Assembly (NCBI GenBank): GCA_010015585.1
Contig: ML975152.1
Length of the DNA stretch: 64,000 bases
Strand: one strand, 5' to 3'
Source of the DNA: Eremomyces bilateralis CBS 781.70
Taxonomy: Eukaryota
Part shown: positions 22,733 through 34,958 of the stretch, piece by piece
How the letters are laid out: every line of letters begins with the position of its first letter
How positions within the stretch are numbered: position 1 is the first letter of the stretch
Made by a program: the position numbers and the translations under genes
The notes under the pieces: model-generated
The model's input: the letters and a program-made list of their open reading frames with translations, nothing else
Told to the model about the DNA's origin: nothing
The model's database searches: none

Positions 22733-24790
22733 GAAGAGACAAAAGTTCTAGGACTGGAACACAAGACGCCGCTCAAGCTGCAGCAGATGTATTAGGGCTA
22801 ACGGATGGTCATAGACCTTGAAAACACGTTCAGAAAAGACAGCCGCTCGGACAGAGTCTTGCTTTCGGAACGGATGAAGTGAGTGAATCGAGCGAAGCAG
22901 GATTCTGTGAGGTAAAGATGTTCAGGAATCCGATTCTCCCTCGATCACTTCGAAATCTTGTGATACGTGCGCGCTGCTCGCCATATTCAGGAGTTGACCC
23001 AAGGTCGGGGGAAGTTCATCAAGCAATATCCTGGGAGGGAGACATGATCCCCCCCGAGACCCTGACACTGTTACCTGATCGAAACTCCCAATAGTTGGGA
23101 TGCCAGTCTATACCACGCTCGGGGTATAGTGAAGGATGAGCCTATGGAAGAGGGTCGAGAACTGCTCTCCCGAGGCATACCAAGGACCGCAAACGTCTGG
23201 TTTGTCCCCGTGGTGTTTCATATTCAGCATGGGGATGGAAGATGAATGTTAAAAGACGCGCGATGCGGGGGAACTCCCAGTCTCAGTGTGACAGAACTGC
23301 ATCAAAGTAGGTACTTCGCTTATGGTCCGTCGCATCATCGCATGCGAAGACTTCCCGGAAACAAAGTTGACAACTAACACGTGGAAGCGGTTAGAAGTAA
23401 TCGGGTTAATTGGTGGAAAACTGTAAATGGAAAAGAAGTGGATGTGAGCAGTTGGCGATCGTGAGTGTCTAGTCCGTACATTGATAGTTACAGCTTGTGG
23501 TATCCAACGTCCGTCGACGATCCCATCTGACACGCGATGTGCTCTGTCGCATCCGAATTTACTTGTCACCGTACGTTTCGACCAATGTCGGCAGATCTTG
23601 AACCGACTTTGAAGTACAGCAAGCGAGGAACGGATTCGACTTGCAGCAACGAGGTTAGTACGGACGGGAAGTACTCTATTCCAGTCAGCCAGCTGTGTCT
23701 GGTGCGTGGTCTGTGGAGATCCAGGGGCAACACTCATGGAAATTGCTCTCTCCCCGTCTCACGGATCCAGCTCCTGGAAATCTTTGGGAAATATTAATGA
23801 ACTGAACGATCCACTGAGCTGCTCCAATCTCCATGGACTCGTGCAAAATTAATTTTCCAACCGGGAAATTCACGAGAGCGGTTCTCTCCAGCGTCTCCTA
23901 TTCCCGCGGTCAGGAGCTTGCCCTAAGACCCTGACCCTCCGCCCACCCCAAAGAGAATCGCTGATCCTTCGATTCGCTGGGCATTGAGGGGCCGAAAATG
24001 CAATCGCAGTCTCAAAACTCGGTTGGAGCTTTGTTATGGTGCAAACCAATCGAACAGTTCTAACGCCAACTGTAAGCCCCATCGAATGGCGTAGCTCTCT
24101 ATTCTTAGGAGAGCCTATGACCGCCCGATCCAAACGGGTGCCAAGTCCGATCTTGTTCTACTAGAGCTATAGTAAGTTTTGTATCTTCGGAGCCACCGCC
24201 CCAAGCTGCTGATGGTGGGGGCAGAGTGTAATGCGCAACCAGAGAGGCGGGTGAGGCTGAGTAGCACTTCCTGCGTTGGAGGTTCTGCATCTATAGCACC
24301 GAAGAAGGGTCAATATAAAATCTCGCCCGTTGCACAGCCTCATCGCAGTGCTGTCCAGCCAGAAACACCTCGCACTTCCAGTCTCCGACGGAGTTTTGTA
24401 TGCCTGGATACGTACGTACGGCCAGGGAGGGAGCGTCGTAAGGTCAGCCGCCCGAGGGAAAGTCGTCACCAGCCTCCGCCAGCCGCCACTCCACTGTTCC
24501 GTAGAATTAGTCAAAGGCGCAGCGGATTGTGCGGATGATGTGCGGATGCACGGCAAAAGGGAGTATAACTTGACGGCGTCTGCGCTACATCTCACTCTTT
24601 TTCATCCACCTAAATACTTTCCCATATATCCGAAGTCCGAAGTCGCTTTCCATCCAAGTCCTATCTGCCATTTTATCCGCAGCCAAGCCAGCAATCTCGT
24701 CGACGTCCGCCTTTGCTTACTCCTTGGTGATACACCCCTCCTGTTACCCCGCCCACCGTTCAGTTCAAGTTATCCATCACTCCATCCACA

Positions 24791-25491
24791 ATGTCTGGCC
24801 CATACGATCAATACGGTCAGCAGCAATACGGCGCTCCGCCTGCGCCGCAATACGGTGGTCAACCGCAAGGCTATGCGCCCTCGCAATCCCCATATCCTCC
24901 TCAACAGTCTCCCTACCCGCCCCAGCAATCACCCTACCCTCCCCAGCAGTCACCATATTCTCCCCCGCAGGGCGGCGCCTACGCCCCTCCCGCTGCACCC
25001 AGCTACGGACCTCCCGCCCAGGGTGGCTTCCAACACGGCCAAAACCCCACCTACGGCGGCTACGACCAGAGCCAGCAACAAGGCGCCGCGTCGACCGGAT
25101 AGTGAGTTACTCCCGCAATATCCGCACCTGAACATCATCGCTAACGTCCACCAGTTACGGTGGCCAATCCCCTCAACAATACCCCGGTCAAGACCCCTCC
25201 CACCAGTTCCCGCAGCAGGGTGCCTACAACCAGAACCCGTACCCTTCCGATCCCAACGCCCCGCATCCGCAGGCGCAGCACGGAAACCCCTCGGATCCCG
25301 CTATGGCGCAGGAGGGCGACCGCGGCTTGCTCGGCGCGATCGGTGGCGGTGCGGCCGGGTACTTCGGGGGAAAGAAGGCTGGCGGACATACAATCCTCGG
25401 GTCGTTGGCGGGCGCCGTGGCAGGGCATAAGCTGGAGGATCATTTCAAGAAGCCGAAAAAGCATGGGAATGGTCAGGGTGGGTGGCACTGA
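24791..25491 (+). CDS. Q/P/Y/G low-complexity protein with C-terminal glycine zipper (215 aa)
   Basis: Intron 25102-25154 (gtgagt...gctaac...cag) joins the frames. QQSPYPP repeats; EGDRGLLGAIGGGAAG...LGSLAGAVAGHKLED. Confidence 0.85.
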
Positions 25492-26576
25492 GAGGTTGAT
25501 CATGTTGGAAGGGAATTGGATGGAATGATTCCATAATCGTCATACCTATTGTTCATACCTATTTGTTCTCTCAAGGTGTTTTTATAGGGATTGGACGGCC
25601 TACTGAATTTGTATCATGTCTCCCGACACGAATTCTAAGAGTGTATTTATGATCATCATGATAATATTATTAGTACGCCAACCAAGCTCGACGATTGATA
25701 TCACATTGCATTTTCCTGATAATCGGTAGGTCCCCCTTCTGTAGCGCTCTGAATCCTTTAATTCCCCGGTCGCTCGTCCAGGTCGAATCCATTTTCCGAG
25801 TGGTGGGCCGGATCTCATATATATTACCTTGTCGGCCCCTTTTCCAATTCCAACTGCGCTTCCAACCACAACCCTGCCCTCAGCCCGGGTGCTTATCATC
25901 GTTTCATGCATTTTTTGTTTCGTTCGAAATAACGAACCGGTTCATCAACATCGGACTTGAAGATTCGGTATAGACAGTATAGCGTATACAAGAGGTGCCA
26001 GCTCGGGTGATCCGGATCCCACTGGACCTGCAGTCTGCCTAGCCCGTCTGCACTACTCAGTAGTAAATCTAATGTGAATCATCCGGATACTCGCCCGAGC
26101 CTGTTTCAGCGATCACTGTTTGATGAACATTGCAAGTTCATGCTAGCCCCTGCTCGATCCACGGTTGTCGGTGTGGTTCACGATGCCTAGTTCGGTGTTT
26201 ATTATGTGTCATGGGGATCTGAAGGCAAAAGTGGCATTGGCAGCGAGGATATCGTTGTACGTTGAGGGCACTGTACTGGTAAATCCATTACGTGAAGCCG
26301 TGGACCCAGCAACATTCCAGACGGAGGGATCTATTCCGTCAAATCGATTCAACTAAACGAGAATCGCCTTCAAAGGTCGTCACTCTCGAAACCACGTAAG
26401 CCCAACGAGACGGTCGCGTGTGCTTTTAGATGACTTTGTATCCGAACTTTTCATAGAGCCTAGCATTTGCACCGTTGCATAGCATGCGTCTCGCTCCGAC
26501 ACCCATTCAGTCGTGACTCGTCCCAAGCTCTTCATTCCATAGGCAAAGCAGTCCGCCCTCCATGGACGCGTTCCGC

Positions 26577-27105
26577 TTACAATTTTGCTTGAGCATCGAC
26601 TGTAAGCTTCGCCAGTCCTTCCCGCAGCGCTGTCCCCATTCCATTGACTCCAGGCCTCCGGTTCTCTCGGCCCACGAAGACGTGAACGAACTCGCCGACC
26701 GCCCTGGCTTCCTCGCTGCCCTGCTCGAACACCCCAATCTCATACGTGACGCTGCTCTTCCCCAGCTTGTTCACCCGCAAGCAGAGGTCAGCGACGGCGG
26801 GGAACCCCAGGGGCCCGAAATAGTCGCAGTGTGAATGGACGACCAGACCGATCTCGGGCGATGTCGGGGGGTGGAGGCCGCAGTGCTGGATGAGGTAGGT
26901 GTTCACGACCGAGTCGAAAAGGTAGTAGTAAACTGAGTTGTTCATGTGGTCGTACATGTCATTGTCGATCCTACGGGGGTGAAACGACGTCTTCAGCGAT
27001 GCCGCTCGGAGAGTGGATAATATTGCCGTACCATCTGGTTCTATAATCGAGCATATACTTGTAGTCTCTCCTCGTCCGCTTCTTGAGCTCCGCAACGGCA
27101 GCCAT
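26577..27105 (-). CDS. 4HBT-type hot-dog acyl-CoA thioesterase, probably peroxisomal
   Basis: YRTRW|IDNDMYDHMNNSVYY via intron 26971-27031; LRVNKLGKSSVTY; C-terminal AKL. Confidence 0.92.
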
Positions 27106-27606
27106 GGTTACGGTTATGGTGGCAAACTATTCTGTTATTTTAGGCGCTGGAACCGATGGGAATGAGGTCTAGGAGAATATGTTTGTACCGAAGCAAGAGC
27201 ATCCGACATTTTCCTCACCCATAACATCTAATAAAGCCCTCCAAATGCTCAATATCAGATCGCCCTCCCTCCCCATGACAGTTCTGGACCGAGGTTAAGC
27301 TCTGATTGGTTTAAAATCGGACTGCGCCCCATGAGCCCCATTTGGTGTCAGATTCCGACGTTCTCCCGCCTATTGGTTCCGACGGACTCCCGAAAGAGTC
27401 GAAACCTTCCATCGGAATAGAATTCTGTGATATTATATTGCTGCGTTCATGAACCAGTGATTTAATCCTCAAATTCCCGATATCTTTATTATCCCGCCTT
27501 ACCGTAGCATCGCATCAAAGACGGTGTCTTTGCAGTTGCCCCGCTGGCTTTAACATCGCGACTCCGGGAGTTCGCAGTCCGCAGAGCGCGTTTGCTCAAC
27601 CCAACA

Positions 27607-29098
27607 ATGGCGATGACAACAGTCGAAAGTCCAACGGCTTCGAAGCCTAAAGGTTCTCCTCAGACTTCTCCTCAAGTTTCTCCGCAGGTCGAAGACCCGA
27701 CTGTGCCGATTTCGACTCCCTGTGACCCGTGGCCACGGCCGTATTTCTTTGAGAATGGCCTCAGAAAGGTGGCCCCGTATCATTTCACTTACAACACCTG
27801 GTGCAAGGAGCGTTGGCGGAACCGAGGGCTATTGGAGATCTTCTCAAGCGAGTTTAGAGATCGACCCCTAGAGTATTACGTGAGTTCGTGCGTTGCATAT
27901 TTCACCGAGGGTGTACCGACCGGGGCTGACCTGCGGCCAGAGATATGCTCTTGAAACCGGTCACGTAACCGTGAATAACAAGGTTGTTTCGACTCCCAAC
28001 GACACAGTGAAGAATGGCGACGTTATTTCGCACACACTCCACCGCCATGAGCCACCAGTGTCTGCCCAGGCGATCGGTATCATACACGAAGACGACGATA
28101 TCATCGTCATCAACAAGCCGGGAGGCATCCCGGTGCACCCGGCCGGCCGGTACAATTATAACTGTGTGGTCGAGATCATCCGGGCCGAGCGGAGCTACGA
28201 TTTCAAAGCATTGCCGTGCAATCGCTTGGATCGCCTAACCAGTGGACTCATGTTCATCGGGAAGCACCCGAAAGCTGCGGACAAAATGAGTAAGTCACTG
28301 AAGGATCGAACGGTGCTGAAGGAATACGTCGCATGCGTGGCGGGCGAGTTCCCCGAAGGGGAGGTGGTCTGCGAGAAGCCTATTCTCCAGATCAGTCCGA
28401 AGCTGGGGTTGAATCGAGTGCGAGCGGATGGAAAGTCGGCGAAGACGGTGTTTCGACGATTGGCATACTACCCTCCATCTCCATCCGAGACAGAGGAGAA
28501 CAGCGATGATTCGTCGACAAGTCCCTCCGTCCACGACGATGGTATGCCTTGGAAACGGCATAAAGGGTACTCGATTGTTCGTTGTCTTCCATTGACTGGA
28601 AGGACCCACCAACTGCGGGTACATCTCCAGTTCCTCGGCCATCCCATCGCAAATGACCCGATCTACGCGAACCAACGAGTTTTCGGCCCGTCGCTCGGAG
28701 CGGACGACGATAGCGCTTCCAACGACGACGACATCATTTCACGACTGGACAGGATGGGCAAGCAGGAGGTCGCGGAAGCCGTCGCGTACCATGATGAGGT
28801 GGTGGACCGGTATCAAAAGCAAAAGGCGGAGCGGTTGACGGGCGAAATGTGTGACGTCTGCCACGCTCCGCTGTACAGTGACCCGGGGTCACATGAGCTT
28901 GGTATCTGGCTGCATGCGAGGAAATATGCTTGCTCGAACGGGAAGTGGAGCTACGAATCACCTCTGCCGGACTGGGCCCTCCCGCCGGCGGGCGTTGAGG
29001 GGCCGAAAGATGCGACGGATGATACCGATCCATTGACGAGCGAAGTGGCCAAGTTGACGTTGGAGAAAGAGGCGCAGAAGGAGAATGCCAAAGCTTAG
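27607..29098 (+). CDS. RluA-family pseudouridine synthase (Rib2/Pus8/Pus9-like)
   Basis: [13 protein letters not shown], catalytic [10 protein letters not shown] and [21 protein letters not shown]. Intron 27880-27940. Confidence 0.93.
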
Positions 29099-29188
29099 GC
29101 CAAGCTGCCCCACGAGAATACCCTTTCGAAGAGATCAATTCCAAAATTTCCGGAAAACTACACAGCCCAATCCACCGTTTGAATCCTC

Positions 29189-30506
29189 TTACTGCAGGCC
29201 GAGGTCGATAGGAACCCCGTCCTGTTCGCCGCTTTTCAACAACGCTTCCAGCTAGAACCATGTCAGTGAAATCTTCCGCGTGCGCTTCTTCGTAGAGCAT
29301 AAAACCTACCACCTCGAGGTCTCTCAGGGCTTCCTCGGGCCTCTGCTCGTCGTCCAAGGAACCCCTCTCAATACCTTTGGCGAACGCCAGCACTTCTTCC
29401 TTCACCCCGGTCCCCTGGCCCGGAAACTCCCTCACCTCCACCTCCCCGTCCCTGTCCACCGTGACCTTGTCAAAGCCCACCTCGACCGTCCCGTTTTCGC
29501 ATGCGATGGCATACTCCCGCCCCTTGAACGTCGTTCCAAAGCTAATCGCGATTGTCCCCGTTACCCCAGAGGCACAACGAACCGTGGCATCCAACGTGTC
29601 GAGCGGAGCCAGATGTTCCTGCAGCTGCGACGAAAAGCTGGATACCCGAGCGATCTTGTTGTCCGGCTGCAAGAGAAGTCGAGTCCCCGCAATGAAATGA
29701 ACTCCGCCGTCCAAAAGGAACCCGCCCATATACGTGGGTGTTTTACGCCATGCCGTTTCTGCGTGTTTATATCAGCATCACTGTCCGCAGCTCACCCGAA
29801 TAGCCGCACAGCGCCTTACTGTAGTACTTCCCATCCGTCGGGACCATGGCGGAGACCCGCGTTCGAAAGCCGGTCACCCGACCGAGCTTCGGCACCTGCT
29901 CCGCGCCATACACGAAGCTGGGCTGGTAGCGGAAATTCTCCGCGATCCCGAAGAAGACCTTGGACGGGTCGATGTTCGCGTGATACCATCCGAGGAGTTC
30001 TTTCGCCGTCGCGATGTTCTCGCTGATAGGTTTCTCGGCCAGAACGTGCTTCCCCGCCGCCAGGGCTTTCTTGATGTACGGGGGCTGGTTCGGGATGGGC
30101 AGGCTGGGAAGCGTTAGTCCTCGGGATGTGCGCCGCATTGACGATCGAGACATACGCGATTATGACGGCCTGGATATCGTCCCGCTGGAGGAGGGCATCG
30201 TATCCTTTGCCATCGGTCTCGTCGGAATACACATCCACCCCGCCTGCCGCCTCCGCGAGATCACTAGCGGATTTATGCGAGCGGGAGTACGTTGCTTTGA
30301 GACTATATGCGTTTGCCGCTTGCACCGCAGGCTTCACGAATGGGACTTGGTCAGCGAATAACCTCACCCGTCAAAATGGGGATTCGTAAACATGTCCTAC
30401 CAAGTGCTGCTCCTTTGCGAAGATCCCTGGATATAATCAGAATTTGAAATGAGCGTCCAGGTGGATTTCAATGCTCACCGCTTCCTACGATTGCTAATCC
30501 GATCAT
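29189..30506 (-). CDS. Gfo/Idh/MocA NAD(P)-dependent oxidoreductase
   Basis: Six exons: MIGLAIVGSG|IFAKEQHL|PAV, AGKHVLAEKP, GGFLLDGGVH, ending PIDLGLQ*. Confidence 0.9.
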
Positions 30507-31103
30507 TTTGCGACTTATCTGATGAGAGGTTTGTGTTGTTTAGCTACCGGGTTTGGCAATTGCACCACTGGAGATTTTTATCAAGTTTGGGGAATGATGC
30601 AATATACGAAGCAAGTCTCCACCATTTCTAACTAGAAGCTCTCACCAGCACTAAAATATCCACCATTTTTCTCGGGCTTTTTATTGGTGCACAACCAAGG
30701 AAATGCAGTCATTCGATCTTACATTGCAGTTTACAGGCTGCAGGAATCGATGTAACACGAATGCTACAGTAACACTGGAGGTGGAGCTGTCTTCGTGGTT
30801 CTGTTAATGACCAGGGACCGAATCTAGTATCGTATATACTGCATTCATTCCTTACATGATAGCACATGGAAACTCCGTTGATCATAGGTATACGTCTACT
30901 TACGAAGGACGTACCCGCTTCATATCTGTAGGCTTCATCCTTTATATTAGGTATCACTTTAGTTCTTTACAAGATATGAACGAACATCACCCTTGACAAG
31001 CCGATCATCCAGTCGCAAATCTTCCTGGAATCTTGGTCTCCTACATTGGATCTCTGTCTATCTCCGAAAACTGAAGGCGTTGGTGGCAGAGGATATACAC
31101 TAA

Positions 31104-32246
31104 TCAGATCTTGCTCTTGATCCCCTCATCTCCCTTCCTAGCCGTCGCCTTCCCCTTCCAGTCGGCGAACGTCGGCGGACTTGGATCGAGCGGCCGTTGC
31201 AGCCAATTCACCATCCGATCCGCGCCCTTCAAAGGCTCCAAACCATCGGCTAAACGACCAAAGTTATCAGTCGCTCTTTCCATACCGAAACATCGCACTG
31301 GATGACTTACCGTAGCCGATGAATGGCTTGTGGATCGCATACCCCATCATCTCCACGATACGCTCCGGAATCTCCGGAAGCCGCCGTGGGTCGACGGAAA
31401 GCACCATGTTCTCGATTGGACGGATATACGGTTGGCAATATTGCACCGTCATGCTCTTTCGGGGCAGGTCGGTTTGGTTGGCGCCGCCGCCGTGCCAGAG
31501 CAAGCTCGTGAAATACACCACGCTGCCGGCGGGACACACCGCGGGCTGGGTTTCCTCTTCGCGGGGACGTCGGCCTTGTGGCCAGGTATGGCTCTTGGGG
31601 ATGATCCTCGTTGCGCCGTTCGTAGGGGTAAAGTCGTCGAACGCTCCCATTGTCAGATTGGGGTGTTATGATCCAGTTAATGGGATACTTACCGACGATT
31701 ATAGCAGTCCCAAACGGGGGCCGCGGTCGAGGCACGTTTATGAATGCATCGTCTAGATGATACATGAGTCGGATCTCTTCAAATCCATTTGGTCCGTCAC
31801 TGACCATGGTGCAAGGCCTGAGCCTCTTCCCGGGGGTTGATTTGGATGGTATGAAGGACGTGAAGTTGGGATTGGGGCTCCAGAAAGTAGTCATTCAGCG
31901 CCAGAACGTCCGGGAGCGTGCAGAACTTGTCGAAGACGCGTGTCCTAGACATCCGTCAGACGGTATCACCTGCATGGATCTGGGGGCGCGGTAACTTGTT
32001 CAGCAGGGAGTATATCCGGTTGGTATTGAGGCCCTCGAAAGCCGTACGTCCGACTTTCGGCGCGTTGCCGCCCAAGCGACTGATCTCGGCCTTTGCTTCC
32101 TCTGCTTGGGATTTGGTGAAGACGTTTTCTAAAATCACGTAGCCATGCTCCAGGACGTGCTCGATGTTCGCGCGGAGTCGTGGATTAGCCGGGAGAGTTT
32201 TTTCTTGCGAGGGGAAAAGGAGGGCTGGCGGAGGAGGTTGCGACAT
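31104..32246 (-). CDS. PhyH-family Fe(II)/2-oxoglutarate dioxygenase
   Basis: GYVILEN, QALHHDD (HxD, split by an intron), DDFTPTNGATRIIPKSH, LWHGGGAN. Five exons; C-terminal SKI. Confidence 0.9.
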
Positions 32247-33256
32247 GATTGTTTTCTTTCGGTAATGCACTAGAATAAATCGATGATTATTCTAGACGAT
32301 GTCACTCTATCCAAAGGAGCATAAGAGCCGTCGAATATAAGTGATCAACCAAGGAGATCTCGATGTGGAGCTGGACATCCAGTCAAGTCAGTGCCAATCG
32401 GTAAGCCTCGGCTGGATAGAGCCACTGAAATCCCCTGTAACTCTCCAAAATGTCAAACAAAAACAAACCGTCAGTATCGAGATCCCCTAGAATTCGCCTG
32501 TAATGTCCAATTGAATTCGGGGTTTGGCGGTTGGCACTCCATCCTTCAACCCCGCAAAACTCCACGGCCCCCGCTCCCCAGTTGCAATTCACGAGTTACG
32601 ACCAAACCGGGTTGGGGACGGACCCGAACGTGACCAGGATGTTCCAGGGTGTTGCTCCTTGGTGCAACATCTCAGGCAGCCTTGGGCGACAGATGAAGCT
32701 GACGCGAGAATTACGATTCGCAGTTCAAGTTGATATTCTTTCGTATGAAAGAACTGGTCTGAACTGGAGATAAATTCTGAGAAATGGATTCTGAAACGAT
32801 GCATCCAACCGTCGGTGGTCCCAAGCAAATTCCTGTTTAGAAACATATAAACGTCATCTAATGAACGCTCGAATTGGATGTTGGGCAAATTCCAGCAATT
32901 CTCGAGAGCTCAAATATGCATTCCACTTGTATTGGTACGGAACGATTCGGTTGCCCATGGTATCCAGCTCACTGGGTATATATATTAATCTAAGATATAA
33001 AGTCATGTCAAGGCTCGAAAATTCGGAAAACACCGCTTCGCGCGACATGTGTTAAAAAACTAATATCGTACATCAACCGCATAATAGGCGAGCATGCCGG
33101 CCAAGACTGAGTGTCTAGGCGTAGCCCGAATGCATGCACGCAAATCAGAAGAATCGGTGTGAGACAATCGCCATTGAACTCCCGCTTCCAAGGTATCCGT
33201 TCACAGAAAAGAAATACGCTAACCCGTGGGTGAATGAATCGCGACCGTCCGCCACC

Positions 33257-34133
33257 CTATCGTGCTGGACGAGTCCCAGTCTCTTGCATCTCGGTATTTG
33301 ACGGCCGGGTCCGATCGCCGCCGCCCATCCACCGACTCGTCCCACTTCTCTGCGGCTCGCCACGCGCGGGCTTCGACACGCGGGCTGGGTCCGGCCGCCG
33401 CGGTTCCTGGCGGGCGGGACTTTCCTCCCGGTTGCCGGCGGTCATGGCAGCGCGCCGCTCTTCCTCCTCGTCCTCGAAGTCCTCGAATTCCGTGGCCGGA
33501 GGATACTCCACCAAGCCCGACAGGCGCGCCTGCTCCTTATGCCGCTTGCGCACGGTGTCCGGCTTGTATTTCTTGTCGAGGTGCTCTTCCAAGAGGCGCA
33601 CGTTCTTGGAGTTGCACTTGTACGCGGCGTCGGCGAGGTCACCGACGAAAGGGATAAGGCCGACGCCGAAGTCCACGATGATGTTGAAGAGCATGTGCGC
33701 TTTCGTGGCGTTGGTCAGACCGCCTTTGACACCGAGACAGGCTTTGAACAGCATCAGGGCGAGGATGACCTCGAAGGCGTCGCCGATCGCCGGGATGATG
33801 CCGATGACGGAGCTCCATCCGAAGCGGATGCCAAAGATGTTGAACAGGCAGCAATCGAGGAGATATGCGCGGCGACGGGTTTTGGCGAGGATCCTGGCAT
33901 CGTTTTCTGGAATATAGTCGGGGATTTGCTTCTTGACTTTCTTGAAGCGCCCCGGTCGCTTTCGGTTTTCGATGCGAGCGTAGTATGGGTCCTACGAGAG
34001 ACAGTCAGCTTGGATTCGCGATTGTAGGATCGATATTACCTACATATGGACCTGCGGCATCTTTCTTCTTATGTTTCTCGAGCTGCCCAGCCATGAGCTT
34101 TTTGGCAGCAAACTTCCCGACCATGGACGCCAT
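33257..34133 (-). CDS. DUF4112 membrane protein
   Basis: AGPY|DPYY splice; RRAYLLD..GIRFGWSSVIGIIPAIGD; DFGVGLIPFVGDLADAAYKCNSKN. Confidence 0.88.
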
Positions 34134-34958
34134 GTTGCTGAGGAATAAAGAGGATTAAGTCGATTTAGGGAGGAGGAGATATTGTTGGACTCCTTGAAAA
34201 GGGAATGGAGGAGAGTATTTATGTGTTTGTTCCGTCCTCGTGGAGGAACTGGTTGGTCTTGAGACGCAGGTGTTGGTTGGTAAGGATTGGATAATAGAGC
34301 TCCGACAGATGAAACAAAGAAGCGCTGTCTATGTATAGGCAGACCACAGACCGACCATTGAGGGTCTCTCTGATTGTTCGAAGAAAAGTAGCAGATATTA
34401 TAGAAGAAGTGTGTTGGCTGAGGAAACCGTGAATAAAAGTAAAGATGCGACTCCTGAGGGTCAACTCCTGACGTTGCTCTCAACGCGTTGAACTTTCACT
34501 CACACAGATTTCCGGTTCACCAACGCACCCCAACGTCATCGCATGCAGCAGGGGTGGCACCAGCCTCATATGTGGCTGAATGTGGCTGTGAAGTACAGGG
34601 GTATGCAGCTGCACCGCCACAGACCCAGTCCGATCCACCTCTCCCGGGCCACTGCATCTGAATGTGAAGTAGTTGGAGAATCATCATTAGAACTCCGATA
34701 CCTTCCTTAGTTCATTGTTGTAGTACACACACTTCCTTCACCATAGAGTTCAACCCTTCCAACCACTTCCTTGGCCTGAGCACAAGCAAAACGAAGTTCC
34801 TCGCATCGCCGCCTATCCGCCAAATTGCCACCCATCAGGATTGCTGGTGATTTCCACACCACACATCTGTCCTGATAGAACACCACCTGACTCTACCAAA
34901 GCTTGCATCACACGCCTCGATATTTCCCTGGTCGAGATGCAAAATGAATCTACCCATC

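Noticed and set aside
24330..25430. 366-aa ORF overlapping the glycine-zipper gene
   Set aside because: Non-ATG start; alternative-frame shadow of a GC-rich repeat-coding gene.
27607..29098. Bifunctional Rib2 DRAP deaminase
   Set aside because: No HxE/PCxxC deaminase domain follows the pseudouridine synthase domain.
31820..31840. Apparent frameshift in PhyH suggested by the ORF track
   Set aside because: Reading the spliced frame gives INPREEAQALHH|D without disruption.
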